DNA of 64,000 nucleotides from an uncultured bacterium (GCA_963746775.1 CAVVCK010000002.1:431656-495655), one strand, 5' to 3'; positions 53,397 to 62,969 are shown, numbered from the stretch's first letter. Numbers and translations: made by a program. The notes: generated by a model not told the origin, from the letters alone.

Positions 53397-55498
53397 TTCT
53401 TTTCATCTTCTCCAATAATTTCTTTAGCGACATTGCCTGGAACTTGCTCATATTTCTCGAATTCCATTGTATAATTAGCTCGTCCTTGAGTTAGAGATCG
53501 TAGTGAAGTTGAATATCCGAACATGGAAGCTAAGGGTACAAAAGCTTTGATAACTTTCATATTTGTTCTATCAGTCATTTCTTGAATCTGCGCTCTTTTT
53601 GAATTTAGATCACCTACTACATCACCCATTGATTTTTCTGGAGTAAGTACTTCGACTCTCATTACTGGTTCGAGTAAAACTGGATTAGCTTTTTTAACAC
53701 CACTACGGAAAGCCATAGATCCAGCTATTTTAAAGGCAGCTTCTGAAGAGTCAACATCATGATAAGAACCATCATATAAAGTTACTTTTACATCTATAAC
53801 CGGATAACCAGCTAATACTCCATTATCAGATGCTTCTTTGGCTCCTTTACCAACTGGCTGTATATATTCTTGAGGAATAACTCCTCCTTTTATTTCATTA
53901 ACAAATTCAAAACCCTTACCTCTTTCCTGAGGTTCAAGTCTTAACCAAACATGACCGTATTGTCCACGTCCTCCTGATTGCTTAATATATTTTCCTTCAA
54001 CTTCTGTAGCAATTGTTATTGCTTCTTTATAAGCTACTTGCGGTTTGCCTACTGTTGCTTCTACTTTAAATTCTCTCTTCATGCGATCAACTAAAACATC
54101 TAAATGAAGCTCTCCCATACCAGCTATGATTGTCTGCCCAGTATCCTCATCAGTTTTAACTCGAAAAGTAGGATCTTCTTCAGCTAATTCTCTAAGTGCA
54201 TGAGCCATTTTTTCTTGATCTGCTTTAGTCTTTGGTTCAATAGCAACTGATATAACCGGCTCAGGAAAAGTAATTTTTTCTAATATTATAGGATTATCTT
54301 CATCACATAAAGTATCACCAGTCGTTGTACCTTTTAAACCTACAATAGCAGCAATATCACCAGTATATACTTCTTTAATTTCTTCTCTTTTATTGGCATG
54401 CATACGCACAATTCTACTAACCCTTTCTTTCTTGCCAGTTGAAGCATTAAGGATATATGATCCAGCTTTTAATACTCCCGAATAAACTCTGAAAAATATT
54501 AATTTACCAACAAAAGGATCTGTGGCTACTTTAAAAGCAAGCCCGGCAAATGGTTCGTTATCATCTGTTTTTCTAATTATCTCTTTTTCTTCGTCGTGAA
54601 CATCGCAGCCATGAGCTGGTGGAACATCTAATGGCGAAGGAAGTAAATCAACTACAACATCGAGTAATTTTTTTATAACAGCTTTTCTACCATCACCGCC
54701 AAGTACTGGATAATATTCTCCAGAAATAACACCCTTGCGCATTGCTCTTTTATATTCATCTACGGATATTTCTTGGCCATCTAGAAATTTTTCCATAACC
54801 TTATCATCAGCTTCTACAATTATTTCTAACATTTCATTTCTATATTTCTCACAAATTTCTTTCATATCTTCTGGAATTTCTTTTGCTTCAGATAATTCTA
54901 AACCATCTGTACCTTCAGTATAATAAGCCTTCATTTCTAGTAAATCAACTAAGCCTTTGATATCTTCTCCTTGACCAATCGGTAACATTATAGGAAAAGC
55001 TTTATTGCTTAATCTTTCTTTAATAGAATCTAGAGATCTATAAAAATCTCCACCAACTAAATTCAATTTATTTAAAAAACATATTCTGGGAACTTTATAT
55101 TTATCAGCTTGATGCCAAACTGTTTCCGATTGTGGTTCAACACCCATTTTACCATCAAATATTACTACTGCACCATCTAAAACTCGCAGTGATCTTTCCA
55201 CTTCCACAGTAAAATCAACATGACCTGGTGTATCAATAATATTTATACGATGTTCGTTTTTTTCTTTTAAATTAGTCGGAGACCAAAAACAAGTCGTAGC
55301 TGCCGAAGTGATAGTAATACCTCGCTCTCTTTCTTGTTCCATCCAATCCATAGTAGCTTCACCTTCATGAACTTCACCAATTTTATAAGAAATTCCAGTG
55401 AAATATAAAATACGCTCTGTGACTGTGGTTTTTCCAGCATCAATATGAGCGATTATTCCTATATTTCTTATTTTTTCGAGTGGATATTGTCTTGGCAT
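53393..55498 (-). CDS. fusA: Elongation factor G
   Basis: [17 protein letters not shown]. 701 aa. Confidence 0.98.
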   Translation of the reverse strand: MPRQYPLEKIRNIGIIAHIDAGKTTVTERILYFTGISYKIGEVHEGEATMDWMEQERERGITITSAATTCFWSPTNLKEKNEHRINIIDTPGHVDFTVEVERSLRVLDGAVVIFDGKMGVEPQSETVWHQADKYKVPRICFLNKLNLVGGDFYRSLDSIKERLSNKAFPIMLPIGQGEDIKGLVDLLEMKAYYTEGTDGLELSEAKEIPEDMKEICEKYRNEMLEIIVEADDKVMEKFLDGQEISVDEYKRAMRKGVISGEYYPVLGGDGRKAVIKKLLDVVVDLLPSPLDVPPAHGCDVHDEEKEIIRKTDDNEPFAGLAFKVATDPFVGKLIFFRVYSGVLKAGSYILNASTGKKERVSRIVRMHANKREEIKEVYTGDIAAIVGLKGTTTGDTLCDEDNPIILEKITFPEPVISVAIEPKTKADQEKMAHALRELAEEDPTFRVKTDEDTGQTIIAGMGELHLDVLVDRMKREFKVEATVGKPQVAYKEAITIATEVEGKYIKQSGGRGQYGHVWLRLEPQERGKGFEFVNEIKGGVIPQEYIQPVGKGAKEASDNGVLAGYPVIDVKVTLYDGSYHDVDSSEAAFKIAGSMAFRSGVKKANPVLLEPVMRVEVLTPEKSMGDVVGDLNSKRAQIQEMTDRTNMKVIKAFVPLASMFGYSTSLRSLTQGRANYTMEFEKYEQVPGNVAKEIIGEDEKK

Positions 55499-55503
55499 AT
55501 TTT

Positions 55504-55585
55504 CGATACTAATATACTAATTTATACGAATTATACTAATACAAAATTATTCGTATTATTAGTATTCATTCGTATATTGGCATCG
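55504..55585. repeat. Family-C word hairpin, copy C2, between rpsG and fusA
   Basis: CGATACTAATATACTAAT...TTAGTATTCATTCGTATATTGGCATCG. Both ends are nearly identical to C1. Confidence 0.7.
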
Positions 55586-55586
55586 A

Positions 55587-56054
55587 TTATCTTGCATAGT
55601 GTGCAAAAGCCTTATTGGCTATAGCCATTCTATGAACATCCTCTTTCTTTTTAACAGCACTACCTAAACCTTTGGAGGCTTCGATAATTTCAGAAGCTAA
55701 TTTTTGAGCCATAGGCTGACCCTTTTTGCCTCTAGCAACTTCAAGCATCCAGCGCATAGCTAGGGTGTTTTTGCGACTACCTCTAACTTCAAAAGGTATT
55801 TGGTAATTAGCTCCACCAATTCTGCGACCTTTAATTTCTAGTGTTGGAGAAACATTTTTCATGGCTTGATTAAAAACTGACATAGGATCTTTTTTGGTTT
55901 TCTCTGCTACAATATCAAAAGCATCATAAATTATAGATACAGCTACTGATTTCTTGCCACCTTTCATAATATGATTAATAAATTTGCCTATTAAAGCATT
56001 TTTATGTTTTGGATCTAGATATTCTTCTCTTTTATATACTTGTTTTTTTCGCAT
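55587..56054 (-). CDS. rpsG: 30S ribosomal protein S7
   Basis: GKKSVAVSIIYDAF...RRIGGANYQIP. Confidence 0.95.
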   Translation of the reverse strand: MRKKQVYKREEYLDPKHKNALIGKFINHIMKGGKKSVAVSIIYDAFDIVAEKTKKDPMSVFNQAMKNVSPTLEIKGRRIGGANYQIPFEVRGSRKNTLAMRWMLEVARGKKGQPMAQKLASEIIEASKGLGSAVKKKEDVHRMAIANKAFAHYAR

Positions 56055-56139
56055 AATATTAGGGTTTAATTATTAAAGAATAGGGTGTAGAATTTTATTA
56101 ATTACTGACTACTAACTATTCTCTATTCCCTTAAAAAAA

Positions 56140-56610
56140 TTATTTACTTTCTTCTTTAGGAACTTCGGCAGGCGCTGCCTTCTTCTTGGCTCCCTTACTG
56201 CTTTTATCTAATTTAGCACCATATAGACTTCTTCCCTGTTTTCTGCCATCTACACCGCCTGTATCAAGCGGTCCACGAACAATATGATATTTAACACCGG
56301 GCAAATCTTTTACTCTACCACCACGGACAAGTACTACAGAGTGTTCTTGTAAATTATGACCTTCTCCTGGAATATAGGCAGTAACTTCCGTACCATTAGT
56401 AAGTCTGACACGAGCAATCTTTCTTAGAGCAGAGTTTGGCTTCTTAGGAGTCATAGTGGTTACTTTCATACAAACTCCTCTTTTGAAAGGATTGCCAGTT
56501 TTTACAAATTTCTTTTTAATTTTATTAAAATCACGCTGCAGTGCAGGTGACTTGGGTTTTCTCTTAACAGTTTTTCTTCTTCTCTTTACTAATTGATTAA
56601 TAGTTGGCAT
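56140..56610 (-). CDS. rpsL: 30S ribosomal protein S12 with a roughly 30-aa C-terminal extension
   Basis: [10 protein letters not shown]...[10 protein letters not shown]...GVKYHIVRG. Confidence 0.95.
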   Translation of the reverse strand: MPTINQLVKRRRKTVKRKPKSPALQRDFNKIKKKFVKTGNPFKRGVCMKVTTMTPKKPNSALRKIARVRLTNGTEVTAYIPGEGHNLQEHSVVLVRGGRVKDLPGVKYHIVRGPLDTGGVDGRKQGRSLYGAKLDKSSKGAKKKAAPAEVPKEESK

Positions 56611-56680
56611 TTATAGTTATAAATAAAAAAATATCTATATAAATAGATAGAAATTATATTAATTTCCTTTATCAATACTT

Positions 56681-56708
56681 ATTATAGTAAGCAAAAAAAA
56701 GATGTCAA
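56681..56708 (-). promoter_or_regulatory. Consensus promoter TTGACA-N16-TATAAT upstream of rpsL
   Basis: Minus strand has TTGACA at 56708..56703 and TATAAT at 56686..56681. Confidence 0.65.
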
Positions 56709-56745
56709 ATGAATTTAATAAATTAGTTATTAGGAAATAGATATT

Positions 56746-56782
56746 ATAAGATTATTTATCAAATAAAACCGAATAATCTTAT
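56746..56782. repeat. 11-bp perfect stem-loop ATAAGATTATT / AATAATCTTAT
   Basis: Read directly. Confidence 0.6.
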
Positions 56783-56784
56783 TT

Positions 56785-56948
56785 AAAAAATAGAAACTGG
56801 CTATATAGAAAATAGAAATTGGTAATAGAAATTAGAAAAATTGAAAATAGTTATGATATAATTCAAATGAAACAAAAGCTATTTTCTAATTTCCAATTAC
56901 TATTACTATCTTCCAATTTCTAAATAGCTAATTTCAATTTCATTTTTT
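56785..56948. repeat. Family-A word hairpin, copy A5 (about 65-nt arms)
   Basis: AAAAAATAGAAACTGGCTATATAGAAAATAGAAATTGGTAATAGAAATTAGAAAAATTGAAAATAG...CTATTTTCTAATTTCCAATTACTATTACTATCTTCCAATTTCTAAATAGCTAATTTCAATTTCATTTTTT. Confidence 0.65.
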
Positions 56949-56999
56949 AAAATCTCTGATTTCATATGATATTCAATTATTAGATATTATTTCCCACAT

Positions 57000-57029
57000 T
57001 TGCATTTATTCTTTATTTCGTATTATAAT
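57000..57029 (+). promoter_or_regulatory. Promoter-like TTGCAT-N18-TATAAT placed 6 nt before an ATG (possible leaderless mRNA)
   Basis: TTGCAT at 57000-57005, TATAAT at 57024-57029, ATG at 57036. Confidence 0.4.
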
Positions 57030-57035
57030 TACTCT

Positions 57036-57410
57036 ATGCAAATAAACATCCTAAAAAGCAAAAATCTCCAGCAATCCACATCTGAAATTACTAGAGACAT
57101 TTTTGAAGTATTTTCTATTTTTTATTTAATTTTATTATTAGTAAATCAAATAAAAATAGGCTTTGTGAGTGATTTCTTAAATTTAAATCATATCTTAATA
57201 ATTGTTGTAGTCTCAGGACTTTTATCTCTCTGGAAAGAAAAATTAGAAGTGGGCAATAGAGATTATGTTTTTATTGTAATTTTGGCTCTGCTTGGAGCTA
57301 TGGCTATATTCTATAAAACTTCTATCTTCGGAAATTTTAAAGCTTCTATTTTCGCTTTCTTGAGTTTTGTTTTTATTATTTTAGTTTTATTTTTTTTATT
57401 AAAGAAGTAA
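57036..57410 (+). CDS. Hypothetical 124-aa membrane protein (the track ORF starts earlier at TTG 57000)
   Basis: Four hydrophobic segments. Followed by a terminator. Confidence 0.55.
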   Translation: MQINILKSKNLQQSTSEITRDIFEVFSIFYLILLLVNQIKIGFVSDFLNLNHILIIVVVSGLLSLWKEKLEVGNRDYVFIVILALLGAMAIFYKTSIFGNFKASIFAFLSFVFIILVLFFLLKK

Positions 57411-57423
57411 ATTGTTTTGCATT

Positions 57424-57454
57424 AAAAAAGACTGCACAAGAGCAATCTTTTTTT
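57424..57454. terminator. Bidirectional terminator AAAAAAGACTGC acaaga GCAATCTTTTTTT
   Basis: Between convergent genes. Confidence 0.7.
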
Positions 57455-57463
57455 ATTTATTAT

Positions 57464-58489
57464 TTAATAACCAATAGCTTGCCACTGTATTTCAGCCTCA
57501 GCAGGATAAGTAGAGCTACTCCAGTATACCCTAAAAGTATCACCATCTACTCGACTTATATATAAATTACCCAATTCACTTTCAGTTAATGTAGGATTAT
57601 TTTGACTGGTTGTTACATTATAGCTCGTATTACTTGTAAAAAAATTAGATGGTAATTCAATGGTATCAGAACAGCCCGCGATTACTGGGCAACCTGCTCC
57701 CCCTGAGGCACTAACATTAGCTACTCCGACTATTATTTTACTTGGATAAGGGTTAGGATTAGGCGTAGTTAAATTTGTATCAGAACCACTATCAGTACTA
57801 TAATAAACAGCATTTTCATTAGATACATCCACTCCATCTACATCACCACTCACGGTTAAATTACTTATACTTAAATCATCATCCACCCTCAACGTCACCT
57901 CTCCACTTGTTCCTCCGCCAGATAATCCTGTTCCAGCAGTAATTCCGGTAATATCACCTCCATTTACCCATTCTAAAGCCTCTCCATTATAGGATAGTAC
58001 TTGATTAGTTGAAGCAGCATTAGTAGTAGCTAGGTTATTAGTATGAATTACTCCTGTTCCTAACAAATTACCTACAGTTACCTCACCAGCAAAATAGGCA
58101 TCTTTCCACTGATTATCTTCCGTCCCTATATCGTTAACATTATTTAGAGCAGGCATTAGCGTATCGGCTATCTTTAAAGGCATATCATCAGCTGTTCCTT
58201 TAGAAGGCCCTCTCCAAATCATACCATCTACTCTTAAGTCATCACCCATAGTCAGAGGAACACTACCTGCTGAATTATTAATCATGGTACCATTGAAAAA
58301 AGTTACTCCGCCTTCGCCGGTAGTTTTACCAATGTAAGCAGAATCAAACCTGGCAGTACCATTAACTGTTAGATCCTCGTTGTAGGTAATAGTTTGAGCT
58401 GGTTGAAGATCGGTAGCGGGGGAAGCAGAGGCTAGATCCACCAAAGCGAAGATGCCTAAAATTGTTAGGAAAGGCAATAGTTTTTTCAT
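57464..58489 (-). CDS. Secreted fibre/adhesin-like protein (341 aa), paralogous N-module with the upstream gene
   Basis: Signal peptide MKKLLPFLTILGIFALVDLASA. Module PLTMGDDLRVDGMIWRGPSKG...NDIGTEDNQWKDAYFAGEVTVG... Confidence 0.75.
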   Translation of the reverse strand: MKKLLPFLTILGIFALVDLASASPATDLQPAQTITYNEDLTVNGTARFDSAYIGKTTGEGGVTFFNGTMINNSAGSVPLTMGDDLRVDGMIWRGPSKGTADDMPLKIADTLMPALNNVNDIGTEDNQWKDAYFAGEVTVGNLLGTGVIHTNNLATTNAASTNQVLSYNGEALEWVNGGDITGITAGTGLSGGGTSGEVTLRVDDDLSISNLTVSGDVDGVDVSNENAVYYSTDSGSDTNLTTPNPNPYPSKIIVGVANVSASGGAGCPVIAGCSDTIELPSNFFTSNTSYNVTTSQNNPTLTESELGNLYISRVDGDTFRVYWSSSTYPAEAEIQWQAIGY

Positions 58490-58525
58490 TTTCTAAAGAA
58501 TTATTAATATTTCCTATATTATCAC

Positions 58526-60526
58526 TTATTGCAAACTGAGCAAAGTCATAATTTTACATTCCTCTTGATCACAAGACTCTAACGCTTTACCAAAAATAGA
58601 ATTTCTTCTTTCTTCGTTTTCTTTTAAGATAGATTTTAGCCCATCAAAATCACTAGCCTCATCAGTATCGCGTAAAGTAAATTTCATTGCATATCCTTCT
58701 CGAGAGGAGGTTGTTAATAGATCTCCGATTTCTATATTACCATTTTCGTTGATAACTTTTGTCGGAATTCTACCCGCCAAGGTAATTGGTGCCAAATTTT
58801 CGGGCATTTCATAATCTGCATCTAGACCTCCTAAACTACTAAAATTATTTGATTCTCCATCGAAATTAAAAGAAATGTTAGGAGTAGTACTCACTACGCC
58901 AATTACTCTTTTATCATAAGATGTATTAGTATGACCAACTTTTACATTGTCTACTAAAACAACTACGTCTCCTTTTTCTAGTTTTTTATTCGTAGAAAAT
59001 CCTTCAGCAAGATCATAGGCAGCTCCATCAACCCCGGTATCATATGATATAGTACCGTCGCCAACATCTGGACAACCAGCTCCAGGATTATTGCTTGGAT
59101 CATCTACACAAAGTCCGCCAAAAACTGCAAATACACCTTCTCTATTATTTTCGCATAATGTTGAAGATGGATTACACTTATCTCCACCCCAACTATAACT
59201 TTTATCTCCACTTGTAGTAGCTCCATAGCCAGTTGATATAGCATATTCTCCAGTAGCACTGCCACGACCCAAAACAGCTGAGTAATCACCACTTGCCAAA
59301 GCATCATATCCTAAAGCCATAGAATAATCACCTATATTACTATTATCCCACTGAACACTGTCTACATATCCTGCTCTAAAAGCAGATTTTCTGGGATACC
59401 ATAATAATTTTGTAGCTTCACCAGAAGCTTCCAAGGTTGTAGCTGTACCATAATCACCTTGGGCCACTATCATGCCATCATCATAAATAGTTGTTCCGCC
59501 GTCTGTAGCATCTCCATATCCCCCACCCACAGAAGCAGTTCCAGTTACACCCAGTATTCCACCTAATGAAGTATTTCCACCAGCTAAAAAATTTCCATCT
59601 AAAAACAAGCTCCCGGTATCATAGATAGTAACTCCCGTAGATCCATACCCTCCGCCAACAGTTAAATTGCTAGATGCAATTACGTTACCTGTCAAAGCAC
59701 TTATTCCACCTACTGTCAACATCCCTCCTGTAGTAAGAGAACTTGCCGATAAAGCTCCATTAGCATTGATACCGCCCGTGGTGTCATAAATTGTTACCCC
59801 GCTATCACCAAATCCACCAGCGATATCAATATCAGTTCCATCATTATAAATTAAACTAGAAGCTTCCCAACCATTTGATCCATATCTTATCGTTTGGCCA
59901 GAAGTTCCCGCAGGTAAAATACCTCCGTCACTAGTTCCATCTCCATCTGAAGAACCTGTTATGGGTATCCAGGTAAATTGGCCATTTTGATTATAAGATA
60001 ATACCTGGCCAGCAGTTGCACTATTAGTTACATTAAGATTTTCTTCATTAATAATGTTTGCTCCTTCTAAATCTCCAACTGTTACTGCCCCGGCAAAATA
60101 ACCATTTTTCCATCTATTTGTAGTCGAACCAATATCATTAATATCAGTCATAGTTGGAATCATGGTATCAGATATTTTAAGGGGCATACCATCGGAAATA
60201 CCTTTGGATGTTCCTCTCCATATTTCACCATCAATACGGACATCATCTCCAAACGTTACTGGTATATTACTAATTCCATTATCATCTAAAGAAGAATTGA
60301 CAATTGTATGGTCGGCAAAAATAACACCGCCCAGATGCATGCCCTCGTAAAAATAACTTGCTCTGCCGGCACTTACAGCACTATCGGTTCTTAACCTTTC
60401 TCCGTAAATAACATCTTCGGCCGGTTGAATTTCCTCCGCAGTAGATGCCTTGGAAATATTTATATTGAAAAAGCAAAAAACAATCGCTAGAAATAAAATA
60501 ACTGCAAATTTAGCTATTTTAATCAT
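58526..60526 (-). CDS. Secreted fibre/adhesin-like protein (666 aa) with Gly-rich internal repeats
   Basis: Signal peptide. Shared N-module. Three copies of the GG(F/Y)G..G.TIYD repeat. YadA-head-like YSMALGYDALASGDYSAVLGRGSATGEYAISTGYGATTSG. Beta-rich C-terminal domain. Confidence 0.75.
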   Translation of the reverse strand: MIKIAKFAVILFLAIVFCFFNINISKASTAEEIQPAEDVIYGERLRTDSAVSAGRASYFYEGMHLGGVIFADHTIVNSSLDDNGISNIPVTFGDDVRIDGEIWRGTSKGISDGMPLKISDTMIPTMTDINDIGSTTNRWKNGYFAGAVTVGDLEGANIINEENLNVTNSATAGQVLSYNQNGQFTWIPITGSSDGDGTSDGGILPAGTSGQTIRYGSNGWEASSLIYNDGTDIDIAGGFGDSGVTIYDTTGGINANGALSASSLTTGGMLTVGGISALTGNVIASSNLTVGGGYGSTGVTIYDTGSLFLDGNFLAGGNTSLGGILGVTGTASVGGGYGDATDGGTTIYDDGMIVAQGDYGTATTLEASGEATKLLWYPRKSAFRAGYVDSVQWDNSNIGDYSMALGYDALASGDYSAVLGRGSATGEYAISTGYGATTSGDKSYSWGGDKCNPSSTLCENNREGVFAVFGGLCVDDPSNNPGAGCPDVGDGTISYDTGVDGAAYDLAEGFSTNKKLEKGDVVVLVDNVKVGHTNTSYDKRVIGVVSTTPNISFNFDGESNNFSSLGGLDADYEMPENLAPITLAGRIPTKVINENGNIEIGDLLTTSSREGYAMKFTLRDTDEASDFDGLKSILKENEERRNSIFGKALESCDQEECKIMTLLSLQ

Positions 60527-60584
60527 TTTTTTTATTTTTATTTTTGTTTTAAATATTTTTAAAGATATTTATACTCTTGCTTAT

Positions 60585-60613
60585 ATTATAGCAAATTATA
60601 GCCTTGCGGTCAA
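60585..60613 (-). promoter_or_regulatory. Promoter TTGACC-N17-TATAAT upstream of the fibre-protein genes
   Basis: Minus strand has TTGACC at 60613..60608 and TATAAT at 60590..60585. Confidence 0.55.
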
Positions 60614-60628
60614 TATACAAACCAAAAG

Positions 60629-61628
60629 TTATCCCCTGTTATCTTTATACCACCTAACAAATCTTTCTATCCCTTTTTCTATACTAACCTTTCGGTCTAT
60701 ATCCTAATAATCTCCTTGATTTACTTATATCGGCATAAGTTTTTCCCACATCACCTGGTTGCATAAGCATTTTTTTAATTTTAGCTGATTTCCCTACTGC
60801 CTTCTCTATTACTTCTATAAAATATTTTAACTTAACTGTTTTGGAATTACCTAAATTAAATATTTCATAAGTACTCTTATTTTCCCCTACATAATTCATG
60901 GCTAAAATAATGCCACTTACAATATCATCTACATAAGTATAATCTCTAAAAGTATTTCCATCTCCATACATCTGTATCTCTTTGCCCTCAGAAATTAATT
61001 TGGTAAATTTATAAGGAGCCATATCCGGCCGACCACAAGGTCCGTAAACTGTAAAAAATCGTAAACAAGCTGTATTAATTTTATATAAATGATGATAAGT
61101 ATAGCATATTAATTCACCTGCCTTTTTAGTAGCGGCATAAGGAGATATGGGTTTATCTACTCTATCACTCTCAGAAAATGGTACTTTGTTATTATTACCA
61201 TAAATAGATGAAGAAGAAGCAAAAATAAAATTTTTAACTTTATATTTTTTAGCTAATTCTAGAAGATTGACAGTTCCTATAATATTTATCTGGTGGTAAA
61301 GCAATGAATTTTCAATAGAAGGTCGCACTCCTGCTCTAGCGGCCAAATGAATAATTATATCTATTTTATTACTTTTGAAAATCTTATCTAAACCTGCTAA
61401 GTTGCATATGTCCTCTTTATATAATATAAAATTTTTATTATCCAAAAATTCTTCAATATTTTCTTTTTTGAATTTTGGGTTATAATAACTATTTCCGCCT
61501 CTTTCGGCAGATGCGCCGCCAGAGGCACAAAAGTCATCCACACAGATGACTTTTTTATTTTGCTTTAATAATTTTTTAATCAAGTGGCTGCCAATAAAAC
61601 CAGCGCCACCAGTAACTAGAATAAACAT
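60629..61628 (-). CDS. NAD-dependent UDP-sugar (UDP-glucuronate-type) 4-epimerase. The 3' end is frameshifted (track ORF ends at 60684).
   Basis: VTGGAGFIGSH and YAATK. After ...LGYRPK the conserved C-terminus VSIEKGIERFVRWYKDNRG-stop is encoded one base out of frame (60688..60629). Confidence 0.8.
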
Positions 61629-61676
61629 ATATAATTATTATTCTAAATTCTAAATACAAGATACTATATACAGATT

Positions 61677-62969
61677 TCAAATTCTTCCTACTCCACTATA
61701 CTTAAACCCTAATTTTCTCATTTTCTCTGGATCCAAAATATTTCTACCATCAATAATATTTGGTTTCTTCATTAATCTTTTAATTTTCTTATAATCAAGT
61801 TTCTGAAATTCTGTCCAATCAGTAGCAATTACTAAGGCTTCAGCTTTTTCGACCGCTTCATAAGGATTCTGACAAAATTTTACATTTTTATCTTTTAAAA
61901 CTACTTGAGAATTTTTAGTTGCTTGAGCATCATAAGTTGAAATAGAAGCTCCAATATCAGACAGCATTTTAATAATATCAATCGCCGCTGATTCTCTAAT
62001 ATCATCAGTGTCTTTTTTAAAAGCAAGACCTAGTACACATACCTTTCTTTCTTTTAAATTATTGAAAAGATCTTCTAATTTATCAATAATTAAAGTTCTT
62101 TGTCTATTGTTTACTTCAATTACTGATTTTATAAGTTTAAAATCATAGCCATTTGTGCCGGCAATTTGATTGAGAGCATTTACATCCTTGGGGAAACAAG
62201 AACCGCCATAACCAATACCAGCTTTCAGAAAATCCATGCCAATTCGCTTATCCATTCCCATACCGCGAGCTACATCTTCTACATCAGCTCCAACCTTTTC
62301 ACAAATATTAGCAATTTCATTAATGAATGAAATCTTTGTAGCTAAAAAAGCATTTGAGGCATATTTAGTCATTTCAGACGATTCAACTGTAGTCGTTACT
62401 TTTGGATAATCAATAGGTTCATACACTCCCAGCATTATATCTCGAGCTTTATTTGTTCTAGTGCCAAAAACTATTCTGTCAGGTTTTAGAAAATCTTTGA
62501 CAGCCGAACCTTCTCTTAGAAACTCTGGATTAGAAACAACATCAAATTTACCTTTGTAATATTTGGAAATTATCTTTTCTATTTTTTGAGCTGTTCCAAC
62601 TGGCACAGTGCTTTTATTTACAATCACTTTATAATTATTCATATTCTTGGCAATTTCTTTGGCAGCCGCTTCTACATAAGTTAAATCTGCCCTACCATCT
62701 TTCCTGGAAGGAGTACCAACGGCAATAAAAATAACTTCACTATTTGGAATAGTATTTTTATATGAAGTTGAAAAAGATAGTCTTTTATTTTTCTGCTCTT
62801 CTAAAATTAATTTTCCTAGTCCTGGCTCATAAATAGGAACCTTGCCGCTTTTATATAAATCTATTTTTTCTTGATCTATATCGAGATTAATAACCTTGTG
62901 GCCTATTTTAGCTAGACAAGCTCCAGTAACTGAGCCAACGTAGCCGGTACCTATGATTGCGATGTTCAT
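61677..62969 (-). CDS. ugd: UDP-glucose 6-dehydrogenase
   Basis: MNIAIIGTGYVG, GGSCFPKD. Confidence 0.93.
   Translation of the reverse strand: MNIAIIGTGYVGSVTGACLAKIGHKVINLDIDQEKIDLYKSGKVPIYEPGLGKLILEEQKNKRLSFSTSYKNTIPNSEVIFIAVGTPSRKDGRADLTYVEAAAKEIAKNMNNYKVIVNKSTVPVGTAQKIEKIISKYYKGKFDVVSNPEFLREGSAVKDFLKPDRIVFGTRTNKARDIMLGVYEPIDYPKVTTTVESSEMTKYASNAFLATKISFINEIANICEKVGADVEDVARGMGMDKRIGMDFLKAGIGYGGSCFPKDVNALNQIAGTNGYDFKLIKSVIEVNNRQRTLIIDKLEDLFNNLKERKVCVLGLAFKKDTDDIRESAAIDIIKMLSDIGASISTYDAQATKNSQVVLKDKNVKFCQNPYEAVEKAEALVIATDWTEFQKLDYKKIKRLMKKPNIIDGRNILDPEKMRKLGFKYSGVGRI

Noticed and set aside
1427-54923. The many 60-145-aa + strand track ORFs that are antisense to large minus-strand genes. Examples: 1427, 2309, 4661, 6883, 7126, 13223, 13568, 14210, 15420, 16038, 17759, 18982, 19509, 20171, 20993, 22129, 23378, 23996, 24294, 28209, 29036, 37135, 39822, 39898, 41452, 42150, 43414, 43770, 44444, 44909, 46666, 47419, 49807, 51211, 52363, 53004, 54735, plus later ones at 60162, 60450 and 63503.
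   Set aside because: Each is fully nested in, or overlaps, a confidently identified gene on the other strand. They have low-complexity Ser/Leu/Phe/Ile-rich composition typical of antisense frames in AT-rich DNA and lack start contexts.
59104-59307. Same-strand alternative-frame ORF (67 aa) inside the 666-aa fibre gene.
   Set aside because: It is nested out of frame in a long, well-supported ORF and has no independent signals.
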